DNA of 64,000 nt from contig ADNK01001509.1 of assembly GCA_000320545.1 (NCBI GenBank), positions 62,001 through 126,000 of the forward strand. The letters run 5' to 3'. The notes under the pieces are model-generated. The model did not search any database, had not been told where the DNA came from, and saw nothing but the letters and a program-made list of their open reading frames with translations. Made by a program: the position numbers and the translations under genes. Shown one piece after another: positions 11,843 through 22,932 of the stretch. Origin of the DNA: Bigelowiella natans CCMP2755 (taxonomy: Eukaryota; Protista; Cercozoa). Numbering within the stretch: position 1 is the first letter of the stretch; every line of letters starts with the position of its first letter.

Positions 11843-14800
11843 TCTCTTTCCCTCTCTCTCGTCCCTCACACAAACACACACGCGCGCACAAGCGTACGCG
11901 CATGCTTTAATAGCAGCCCCCCATACTGGTAGTTGCAAGATCTCTCCCCTAATATTCAACAACACCATCGCAGCGAGCTGGTGAAAAACGAGAGGTCAAG
12001 GGTATGGTGGGCAGCAGCGCAGTTGCATGAGATCCAAACGTTGGAGAAGGCTCAAAGAATAGTCAGAATCCGGAGGACAACGGCGCAGGTTCTTTCCCGA
12101 AAGAACTCAACTGCTTATGAGCTCACCAAAGCGCTAGAGGAGATCTCTTCGGTAGGATCGTTTGTCGAGGGGAAAATGGGGGAGCGTCAATCGTTAATCC
12201 TGCTGTTTAAGCGGGCAGAAGGGCTGGCACGGAGAAGGAAAATGGGACCGAGTCAGCTGAAAACTGTCTTAGTTGCAGCGGCGCGTCTTAACGTGAACCC
12301 GCCACCACACTGCGTGAGAGCATTCAGCACGATCAACCGCGCTCTCTTCGACAATCGGAGCTTCTCCCACCGAGCACTCGTTGATATGGCCAAGGCTTTT
12401 GCAACAGCACAGAAGCCACAAGGCAGAAAAACCTATCCCTCCTCCTCCTCCTCCTCCTCCTCATCATCATCATCATCATCATCATCTTCATCACTATCCA
12501 TCTTCAAAACTGGCTATTCGCTTTACAGACGTATTGTCATCCTGTCGATGGAGCGGATCAATGATTTTTCGGCACTCGATGTCACCGAGCTGTTATCCTC
12601 GCTAGCAAGCATCAAGAACTTCCGTCTTAGCGTTGAGGAGGCGAGCGTGTTTTGCCGCCGTGCAGAAACAATAATAAGCGATTTTAGCGCACGCGAAGTC
12701 TCACTGTTCCTGCGAGCTTTTGGCATACTCACATCGCCGTACCGCCATCAACTGGCTGAAAATCGTAACAAGATCAAGTATAGTAGCAAAGGGAACAAGA
12801 CCAGCTTCGATGTGCCAGAAACCGCTGCTTTCGGCGGTAATTCCTCGGCGTTGAATGAGAACATGACGACAAACTCAGAGGGGTATAAGAAGGAAGAGGG
12901 GGAAGAAACTGCAATCTTAGACAAGCAAGCGATTGCTAATATGCACCGCGACATCGATCGGGCGTTGCATATGCTAGAGAAAAGGCTCGTTCAAATATAC
13001 GAAGATGAGGGGGGGGGGGGGATTAGCGGTGCCAACCTCGCAAACATCATCCACGCACTCGGAAAGCTTCAAAGACTGCCTCCTAAATCTCACATCGACG
13101 CGCTTCTGAAGATGTTGGAACCGCGCTGTAATGAGCTGAGCGCGGCGCACGTATCGAACATAGCTTGGGGCCTTGCCAACGTGTTCAAAGCTCACAATCA
13201 TGCAAAGGAGGCGATGCGAAGAAAAAGGTGGCGGGAAAAAAGAAAGAGGGGGAAGGACATGTCGGATGGGAGCGGCACAGATAAGGACACTCCCCACGAT
13301 GAAGATTTTTTGGGTGGTGATACTACTGAAGGTGGGAATGCTGTTAAAGGCATGCCCTCAAGCCTACTGCTCCCTAGCGACACAACGCGATCAGGAGATA
13401 GTGGAGACATCTGGTCTCAAAACAGCTTTCGTAGGGCCTTAATAGCTCTGCGGCAACGAGCAGTCAGGCTTCGTTTCCAGTTTACACCACAAGGGATTTG
13501 TAATCTGCTATGGGCGCTTACGATGCTGCACCAGCGTCCAGGCCCTGCATGCACGAGGATGCTTGAGCACCGGATAACCTCTGACATTCGTAACTATGGG
13601 CCACGGGACATTTCAAGCGTGGTTTGGGCATATGCTCGCATGCAGCTACCGTTGACTGTCCCTCTCTCTGACGCGCTTACGAAGGCAACGCTCGCCTCGG
13701 AATTACGCATGAATGGCTACGATGTTGCGCTACACATCTGGGCGGCTGCGACGCGCATATCCCAGAAGGAGCAGGAACTTTTGGAAGAGGGGGCGGAGAG
13801 TCAAGACGAGCCACAGCGGGGGGTGCAAGGTTCCAAGGACCGCTATGTAAACGATGTGAACGGAAGCGGCAGCATCAGCAGCAGCGAGAATTACATCTCA
13901 TCGAACACAACGACGGCGGCAACCACCACCGCCACCACAAGCACCATAGATCCAGCTGTCGCTGCCGCCGCTGCGGATCCGAGTTTCACAATAATGACGG
14001 GGAAATACATCGAAGCTTTGTTACGTTCCCTTGAAAGGGTAGCTGTAGGGCCCATAGATCTAACGCACATCCTGTGGGGGCTTGTTGTGCTCAATCGTAC
14101 CGGTCATCCAAGCGTCATGGCATCTATTATCGGATCGATACCTTTGCTAGAAGACCTTGTGATGAAGGCTGTGGGTAGAATGAACCCGCAGGCTCTCTCT
14201 ACAACTCTTTGGAGCCTTTCTATCCTCTCACCTGCCTCTCCAGACTCCTGCAATCCGAAGCTGCTCACCAAGTTGCTGCGCGCAGCGAGCTCGAAGTCTC
14301 ACTATTTTAACCGCCAGGATCTTGTGCTTGCACTGTGGGGGGCGGCCAAGATGATGAGCGGACTCTCCGAGAATTTTTGTCTCGACACCAACGAAGGTGT
14401 CGCAATCACGGACAGAAGAGGAGTAGATAATAGAGTAGAAAATCAGGATATTAGTGTAGATGGAGGTAACGAAACAGAGTCAGTTGATTCTGCTAATCTA
14501 CTTATATCCACTAAACTTTATGACCGATTTCTCAACAAAATGACTGCGCGGGCGATGAAGCTGAACGTCCTGGGAGATGAGCTGGATTTAAATGTGGAAA
14601 GCGACCCACAATACACAACAATCGCCGGTGATAGAGAGATAGCAGGAACAGGAAATATGGAAGGAAAGGCGACAATAACACCGAATGGTGAGGAAGGAAG
14701 AAATGGTGGGCACGAAAACAGTTTGCAAGATAGCAGCGATAGTATCAACAGTATGAACACTACATCTGGGCAAACCATAATATGGGCTCTCTCAACACTT

Positions 14801-14845
14801 CGAGGGGTCAGGGGAAAGATTAAAAATGAACTAGGGGCAAAATGA
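8513..14845 (+). CDS. Large OPR/FASTK-like helical-repeat protein, probable organellar (plastid) RNA-binding factor
   Basis: Recurrent motifs SPFLVVDILWSLARL, LIRIVWSMGRM, GANLANIIHALGKL, SAAHVSNIAWGLA, TPQGICNLLWALTML, GPRDISSVVWAYARM, GPIDLTHILWGL, NPQALSTTLWSLSIL, NRQDLVLALWGAAKM. Phase-consistent exons 10190-10240, 10475-10540, 10745-10812, 10986-11079, 11335-11399, 11682-11764, 11974-14845. Candidate first exon 8513-~8667 (MNFPLLHLATILIATLQGIG..., possible GC donor). Exons between 8700 and 10190 are not fully resolved. Confidence 0.75.
9776..9861. repeat. Compound (CT)n(GT)n microsatellite in an intron, representative of dozens of intronic microsatellites (CA, TA, GA, TAG, CAT, GAG) across the window
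   Basis: Read directly. Other examples: 138-170, 9195-9266, 26613-26644, 37817-37911, 44482-44522, 50641-50712, 62922-62962. Confidence 0.95.
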
Positions 14846-15039
14846 ACATTCACCACGCGCACGTAGGAGATGTCATTCGAGTTAGAGATTAGAGATCCAA
14901 CGCACATGCGCACAAATTCAATCAGTTTCTCGTGACAGACCTTTTATTTCGCTTTGCGGAGAGTGCATGTGCTTGTACACCATGCTAGCATGCACCGACA
15001 TTGGTGCATGGCCATGACAATTTTGTCGGCATTGCTGTT

Positions 15040-15074
<35 letters not shown>

Positions 15075-15892
15075 CACACACCTTGGCATATGCCTGCTAG
15101 CGCTCTGGTGTGCAAGCGCATGCATGTCTTCATTTCTGGGCTTGCATTGCATTCCAAATGCTTTGCTGCATGCGAATGGAAGCATTGAGGTGGAGCAGAA
15201 CAGTTTGGACATGCCAGCATGCTGGCATGCACCGGATGTCTGACAAGAGCTAGGGAGCACTGGAGCATGGAGCTGCAGCATTGCACAACAATTCATTGCA
15301 CACAACGCCATCACATGTCGCTGATTGATTCACAATTCACATTGCTAGATCGGAACAATCACATTGGAATGGGGCCACCTCTGGACCTGACAGGCCCAAA
15401 GCATGGCAGTGCGAAGCAACACTGTGCCACGCGAAGCAACATGAAGCAACTCCATGCAGCAAAAGGATTTTGGGAAAGTCACACGGCAATCCGCAAATGC
15501 TCTCCTTGTCAGATTTGTGTTGCAAGTTGTGGACCCCTCACTGTCGTCCCGAAGGTGCGCTGTGAAAGCTGCCGTGAGTTGGAGTTTTCGGCAATCCCGC
15601 CACAGGATTAGGACACTTTTCATGCAATTTAGCTATGCAAAAGCTAAGTTATAGTCTGTCGCAAGACGAAAATCGAGCGAGATTTATTGTTTTTCAAAGC
15701 ATCAGCATTAGCTGCAATTTCCTTCCGCACTCCTCTCGAAAGGAGAGCGTTCTGTTCTTGCTCTTGATTGTGGATCATGCTGTTCGTTTTAATCTTCAAC
15801 TACATCGCGTTTATCATGATCACTTCCAAATACTCGCAATGAACAAAGGGCTGGGATCAGAAAGTTGTTGATAAGGTTTACTGAGTTGCGCC

Positions 15893-17045
15893 ATGTTTGC
15901 TGATTTGCCGCCCTCCCACTACCGTTTGGCACAATCTTCAAAGACGCTGCTGGTCGTAGTCAGCATTTGGTTGGTTCTATTTGCAGCAAGTGGAATTGAA
16001 GAGGATACTATCCACGCAGATGAGGGAAAGTTTATGGAAAAGCCTCGATCGATGGAAAGAGGAGGAGCTGTGATAGAAGTTGACGAGACGGAGAAAATGG
16101 AAGTGGAGTTTCGAATACTTGCATCGGATACGGTAGATAATTTTCTATACTAATTTGCCAAACAAATCGTAATTGCTTTACATAAACATAATACTTTTAC
16201 TGTAGATTCGAAGGTTCCTCTCCGCAGTGTTTCCGTCCCAGCATGGATCGCATAACTGCGCCAACGCTGAATGGAATCGATACCTTACCAAAAACGGAAC
16301 GGTTGATATTACAATGTTAAACAGTGAGCTTGTGCTGGATCGCACATGGCTGACACATGTGTGCAACTCGACCGCCCTTGACTGGCTTGAAATGCCTAGA
16401 CGGACCCAGAGCATAGGACGACATGTAAGCTTTGCTTATGCCGCCTCTGTAGCAAGCTTCGACGAGCAGAGAAGAGAAACCCATGTGTTGGTAATGCCGT
16501 TCACAATAATAGCAAAGATGAACATTCGTGGGAATGAGATTCAATCTGCCCAGCTTACGTACCCACCAAAATATGAAGGATTCGCTAGTCCTCAGTACAT
16601 TCCAAAAGAAGATATCTCCATTCAACCTGACAAGGCCAAGCGACTTGTATCCAAAGTTATGCGCACTCTCTATCAAAGAAATGTCCCTCTGTTTGGCCAC
16701 TTACTCACCAAAAACTCTACATTTGAAGAGGTGGGCGAGACCAGCCACAAGATCAAGACTCTAAACGACAATGACCACGAAAAGGACAGGGTAGCAGAGT
16801 CTTTCCTTCCATTGTCAACGACATCTAATGGAAATGGCGTGACTGTTTCTGGATACTTTGGAGATTCTATCATCGACCCCATCACTGGAAATGTATGTGC
16901 AGTGATATGGCCCTACACCTTCTTCTTCATGATGAATGAGGATATCAGTAAAGTAGAAGATATACATGCCAAGCTCGATGTCGTAGCTTGGAGCTGGCAT
17001 TTCCGTAAGACTTGTCACTATGATTATTTGAAACATTTGAAATGA
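15893..17045 (+). CDS. Secreted or membrane-anchored protein with two tandem NTF2/SnoaL-like domains; join(15893..16132,16206..17045)
   Basis: Phase-0 GT-AG intron 16133-16205 joins the two ORFs. N-terminal hydrophobic segment LLVVVSIWLVLFAASG. Internal duplication (LTKNGTVD / LTKNSTFE; MPFTIIAKMN / WPYTFFFMMN). The fold assignment is pattern-based. Confidence 0.6.
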
Positions 17046-17940
17046 ATTTAAGATGTTGAATGTTGCCCAAGAATATATGATTATTAATATATGATAATTG
17101 AGTGTGTTACGCATAGCATGCAATGAGCGCACATGCACATCTCTTCACGCAACGCATGTGCACACAGCACATGAGCGCGGGCACGTCGATCCTGACTCTC
17201 CAGGTGCGTGTGTGGCATAAATCTGAGTGTCTGCTACATGCAACATCTCATCTAGATCGATCCTAGACATATCAAAAACATCAGCACTATTGCTTTGCCG
17301 GGCAGGAAGAGCTTGCATTGCGACTTTGTGACCCGCGGCGGTGGGGCGATGCGCTTGCGCATCGCATGCACTTTAAGGCTAAATAGATGGCCATACGAAG
17401 CATGTGCATCGCAACAGCAAAAAGGGATCGAGCACCACTGCTTGCAGTAGAAAACGTAGAATTGAGGGTCATCTAGTCTAGTAGTTATGAGAGATTACAT
17501 ATAGAAGCTCACGTTGGATAGGGACAGTATTGGCTTGTCGTCTTAATGAGCGATGCATTGGACACAGAATGTGCTAGGCTGTGTTGCACCCATGCGCACA
17601 GCGCATATAATGAGTTGATATAAGTTAAAAGCTTGGGATGTAAAACACCTGTAGAGACATGTTATTATATAACAATAAGTTGGGTCTCTATACGTCACTA
17701 GTGCATCGCAATGCCTTGTGGCTGCAGTTGGTCTGCCGCAGGCGGCTGAATCGGCAATAGCCTACGATACATCTCGATTATTTCTTGTGGACTGTTTCGT
17801 TTTTGGTACATTTTTCCTTCTTCTTTGAACGAATCAGTAATCTTCTTCCGAAGCATCATCATCGTCATTATAATATGCACTGCAACTCCTCACAGCAGAT
17901 TTCTTTGCGTCTACGTAGCTTCCGTTCAAAATCGCCTCTG

Positions 17941-20079
17941 CTAATGCACTTCCAACTGGAGCAGGGGCGATGCGAAAGCTATATCCATATGGACCAAAAC
18001 TAGATGAAGAACGAGTATGATGATTATAAATTGCAGCAATTAGTACAAAGACAAAGATGAAATTATCTACTGTCATTGTACTACCGTTCAAAGTTTTGGT
18101 GAGAAATGTAAGCTATCGCCCGATTACATTGCATAATCTCGCGCCTATACGAAGAACAACCATCAACGAGTAGCCACCATTTTGAATAAATCAGATCTTT
18201 ACATTCTCTGGGCTAGAAGGCACAACAAAGTCTCATTTTCTTCGTAGTCCTCCCTTACTGCCAATGAAATCCGGTACTCATTCTTCCTATTTGAGAGTGT
18301 TACAGTGGATACAGCACGGAGCAAGTCTTCCCTGCCAAAACTTTCTCTCATCTGTTGATTAAATAAAATGGGGAATGAAGAAAACTCAGAAGTTTCTCGC
18401 ATGATTTGTGGAACAGATTTAAATGCCGGCGTCGGGGCACTCAATTCCTTTCAAAATTTTTATGATTTATGCAGGAAGGTGATGAAGAAGACGCTACCAG
18501 GCTTCGTGCAATTCGCCCAAACCATCTAAAAATGGTGTCTTTTGGTGATTCATCAACGTGCTGTAAACAGATAGGGCAATGATGAGACTCAAAAGTAGAT
18601 AAAAACACAAAGATGTACAAGAGAGAGGATAAACCTTCCTGACTGTCAGCATCAAAGCACCACCTTGCGGCCTCCCTCCCCGTTCCGACAACAAACTGCC
18701 TAAAGTCTGTTCAACATTGCCCGATTAGGTGTGCGAAAGGTCTGCAATGCCAAGTTGTTTGACATATCTGCATTGTTATTGATAATTACTACCTTCTCTT
18801 TCACGGTGTTGTGCACCAGAACAAGGTCTTCCCCTTGCAAGAGGCATGCGGATGCCTCCTGCCACTCCATAGCATCAAACTCATTATAATTGACTCGGTG
18901 ATTTTCTCGGAAAAGTCCCCTTAGGCGGTGCGTCTGTCGCTTGTAAATTCCGTCTGCGCGCTGAGAGTATTCGGATTTCACGTGGTCGATGCATGCGTAG
19001 AAGGGCGAGCTTCCATCATACAAAATCTGAAGCTCGTTCGATGATTCTTTTCCCTCTTGATCTTTCTCTTGCTTGGTCTTCTGTTTCTCGCTAGGCACGG
19101 CTTCAGTGTACTGCGATGGCATTGTGTTGTTTCCATCAATTTCCAGATCATCTATTTTGTTGTTGATCTCCTCCTCGAGACTTACCTTCTCTTTGAAAGA
19201 TCCAATGGTTTCATTTATCGCCAGCTTTTCATCTTTGCGTTCCTCTATTGTTAGAGCCTTGAGTCTCGCCAGATTTTCTTCCTCCGCCTCTCTGTCATCC
19301 TCTTCATCTGCTGTGAAGTTATAGCCGGGGAACATCCACTTATGCTCGTCGCGCTTCGGGTCGTAGAGGTCCTTCAGGTTAAGATCCCCTTTAACTTCAG
19401 GGTCTATTTGATCTAATAAGTTGCAACGCTCTGCTGTTTCCACAAGCCAGCGGTCCATTAAGACATCCCTCCGTTTCTTTGGCCAAGCAGCGGTCTCCTT
19501 TCTCGAGGGTACGTATGCTAGCGTGGACACCGCTTCATGCGGATACCCCTCCTGCTCCAGAAACCCCATGAACCCTCCTACTTCCTCAAGGTACTTGTTG
19601 ACACGTTGCATAGGTGTATCGTCCCCTGTGGACTCGAGCGGTGATTCGTAGTCAGATGGTACCCCTTCATTCGCTAGTCGCTCATACTCCTCACTCGTAT
19701 CCGTTTCTGCGAAATTCGGAACGAACCCATCATCCTCCTCTTTTCTATGGGAAGCATCGGTGTCTACTTCATCCCAGCAACGATACTGCTGCCAATTATC
19801 CTCTTCAGTTTGCGTTGTGTCGGGTACCTCTTCTCCTCCCCCGTGGCCCTCTGACTTTGCACTGGGCAGAGATGCCTTCAGTATCAAAGGAGCGACGGTT
19901 GCGACGCTGAACGATAAAATCATGGCACCTGCTCGCTGATAATCAAAACGGTTCTTATTTTTAGAAACCCTAGGGTATCTGCTCTGGATGCATGGAGCAC
20001 TAGAGCATAGATCTTTTTCACCACCAGTGAGAAAACCGGCGTGCAGGCCATGGTGGTCATCCGGTTCCGAGGACGGCAT
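17941..20079 (-). CDS. Hypothetical protein with N-terminal hydrophobic segment, long acidic region and multi-exon C-terminus
   Basis: 463-aa ORF from ATG 20079, with further plausible exons ~18707-18636, ~18560-18498, ~18450-18203 and 17999-17941 (ending ...QRILVHMDIAFASPLLQLEVH*). No confident family. Confidence 0.6.
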
Positions 20080-20584
20080 ACTTATTTGCAACTGTATCAG
20101 TCATAGAAAAATTGAAAATGCATTAAAAACTTTGTTTACGAGCTCAACGATAGGCAAAAATCATTACAGTGTGTCTTCGGATGCCCCGCTCTCGCTTAAT
20201 GCCTTCTGTAGCAATGAGCAGGACGAGTGAGATCAAAGAGGCTATGCACCATGGATCAGCCCAGTTCCTGCCTCTACAGGTTCTCCGGTTATTGTGTCCC
20301 CGAACTCTCATGAGGATCATCAATAAGATCCACCCCTTGGTTTTATCACAGGCCCAATGTTTCAGTGAACCACACCCCCTTCCGGTGTGATGGTGGGTCC
20401 CACCGCAGTTGGGGTGTGCGTTGTTTTAAATTCAAACGGCCTGCTTTCTTGCTCCAAGCTATCACTATTTTCCCCTGCGACAACCAATATCCTTGTCGCT
20501 CCTTGTGAAACTCAGTGGATCTACAGATAAAAAGCGACATTCGCGGAACGGGTCGGAACACGGAACGGGAGCAAGACTCTCTTG

Positions 20585-21920
20585 ATGCCACCTCGAACAA
20601 GGAAAGGAAGGAAGAAAAAGACGGAGGAGAAGGAGGAGGGGGAAGAAAATCCTAGTGCTACCTCACCCAGTGAGTCCAGCGCGTTTGGTGGCTTCGATCT
20701 ATCGAACTTTTTCGGGAATTCGAACTACTATAAGTGTGGCAGGCTCACTGAAACCTTGGTGAGCGAGATCTTTCATAAACCCCATTCGTCGTCTTTAAAC
20801 TAATGCATCATGTCTCTCAGATCACGGAGTTCGAGGAAAAGTTCGATTACAAGCTCCCAGCGTCATATGTTGAACTGCTTAGTGTTCAAAATGGCGGGAC
20901 CCCAAAGAAAACACTCTTTGCTGCGGCTGGGACAAGCTGGGCCCCCGACCACGTTGCAATATCTAGTATCAAAGGCCTTGGAGGCAACGAATGGGGCTTG
21001 GATGGAAGCCTTGGTCAAAGCAACTACTATGAATGGGGATATCCAAAGATTGGAGTCGCTATATGTGACTGGTTATGCACAAACAAGCGCGCACTCACCC
21101 ATTAGCATCATGGTTCATAATTCAATGTAGTATCAATAGTATTTTATTCACCAAAACAATGCGACTCCGTCGAACGACGATCCTTTGCTTTTTGCATCCC
21201 TTTTCTAAGCTATGGTGCTGGGCTAACACACACAGCAAAACACAACACACGCACGCAAGTAAGCCCACTCAACTCTACACGGTGCAAATCTTTTTATGTC
21301 CGAATTTCAGTCCATCCGGAGGCCATGATATGGTCGTTCTCGACTATAGAAAATGTGGCAGAAAGATGGAAAAGGGTTTTGAGCCATCTGTTGTCCACAT
21401 CGACCAAGAATTTAATTTCAAACGAACCTTCTTGGCGAAGGATTTCGCTACATTTATTAAGGGGTTGAAGTCTGAAAACGACGCAGATGATTTACGGGAA
21501 CAACGGAAGAAGAAAGCAGAAAAAAAGAAAGGAAAGAAGCGAGGCAGAAGTAATGAGAATGGTAAAGACAAGGCCGATTCATCATCTAATCGTAAGCGCG
21601 GGAAAAAAGGTAATACAATACGAGATACGGTAAATGGAAGCGGTAGAGATAGACAACATTTCGCAATACCTCAAAGTGTGCATGATTTTGTATATGCCAT
21701 AGATGATAGCCCAGAGTCGAATGTGGATATCATCGAAGAACTTGAAAGACAAGGAGCAGCGGAGATAAACAAATTTAAGCAAAAAGCTTACATAAATGCC
21801 GCAAAAGCGCTGAAGCGATGTAAGAAGGCCATTACATCCAGCAAGGATATAGCACACTATAAAGGCATTGGAAAATCGGCCAAAATTTTAATTGATGAAG
21901 TTATAGCTGGTCGTGACTGA
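20585..21920 (+). CDS. SMI1/KNR4 (SUKH) family domain fused to a DNA polymerase X/beta-type N-terminal helix-hairpin-helix (HHH_8) domain, 344 aa; join(20585..20758,20821..21071,21311..21920)
   Basis: Splicing of two GT-AG introns restores LTETLITEFEEKFDYKLPASYVELLSVQNGG...TSWAPDHVAI...[30 protein letters not shown]...EPSVVHIDQE...FLAKDFATFIKGL, which follows the bacterial SMI1/KNR4 pattern. C-terminal NVDIIEELE...KFKQKAYINAAKAL...ITSSKDIAHYKGIGKSAKILIDEVI matches the PolX 8-kDa pattern. K/R-rich NLS-like segments at the N-terminus and in the linker. Confidence 0.88.
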
Positions 21921-22932
21921 AGATAATGTATTATCAGGAATACAGTGCGAACTTCGTTGACGCATATGATGCGTTGCTGCAGGCATGCTAACATAGTCAT
22001 AACAGCGTAGCAATCTATTCCCTGCTACAATTAGTGAAGGCTGTATTGGTGAAGCATGGCGTTTGGCAACACTTCTTGTCAGCCATGTTATCATCTAGTC
22101 ATCGCCTAACGCAATACATACGTGAGCCATATCTAGCATATGCTTAGCTAGCTGTGATGCGGGCAAGTGCAACCTGCATGCATGCTAGCATGGCGTTGAT
22201 CAAATATTGTACATATCGCTCAATGCTGTTCGCATGTCTAGCTATAGATGCTTGAATGTCCATCTGCTACACGGCAGACGTACGTTAACGGACTCTATCT
22301 TATCATTTACAAGCCGTACCACTAAGACGAGCATGATATCTGGTACAGCTATACAGCGCATAGTTACTCTAGTACTCGCGTCGTGCAACTGTGTAGGAAC
22401 ATTCTAGCATTGCCTGTCGCACTGCACAGATGCTTCACGGTAGTAAAATACAGATCCCACACATATCTCAAAAAGGACACGCGAAACTATCAAACTCGAT
22501 GCCTCTAATGGAAGTTGCTACATACAAGCTAATGATGCAAACTCGCAGCCATTCCATAATACATGTATCAACTACGTCTCGCCCAAAATTCATTTTTTAA
22601 TTTAGATAAAACTACGGTGTTGCATTCAGGAAGTATTTGTTCATAGGCAACAGCAATTATTACTATGCTACGTCAATGGGATAAATTAAACTATACATTA
22701 AACAGTATAAAACCTAGTTAAGTGACTATGGGCGTGAAGAAACTACACAAATTATATTCTCAAATCCTTTATCATATATATACGAAGACCAGGTTCATCA
22801 AAGTATTTTATTTTCTCTTTTCAAGCACAATTGGCATCTCATTTTCTTATTTTTTTAACTCATTCTCCTTATCCTCTGTAAAATCTGTAATGAAGTCGGA
22901 AAACAAAGCAACAACACTATGCTTTTGTAGCC

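Noticed and set aside
11933-11973. TTG start of the 970-aa ORF
   Set aside because: Phase of the upstream exon and a CTAAT branch-like site favour an acceptor at 11973, so this stretch is likely intronic.
14918-15623. Overlapping Cys/His/Met-rich ORFs as a transposon or zinc-finger gene
   Set aside because: A by-product of TGCA/CATG-rich composition; no transposase, RT or integrase motifs.
17941-18800. Faint scramblase/tubby-like resemblance of the C-terminus of the 17941-20079 gene
   Set aside because: The best-looking segment is probably intronic and the remainder is too weak without an HMM search.
20350-20420. Small hairpins (GGTGGGTCCCACC) as a possible ncRNA or tRNA
   Set aside because: No cloverleaf, box motifs or recognisable snRNA sequence.
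20585-21920. Bacterial contamination as the source of the SMI1/KNR4 domain
   Set aside because: Two spliceosomal introns interrupt conserved motifs in the correct phase and the flanking genes are eukaryotic.
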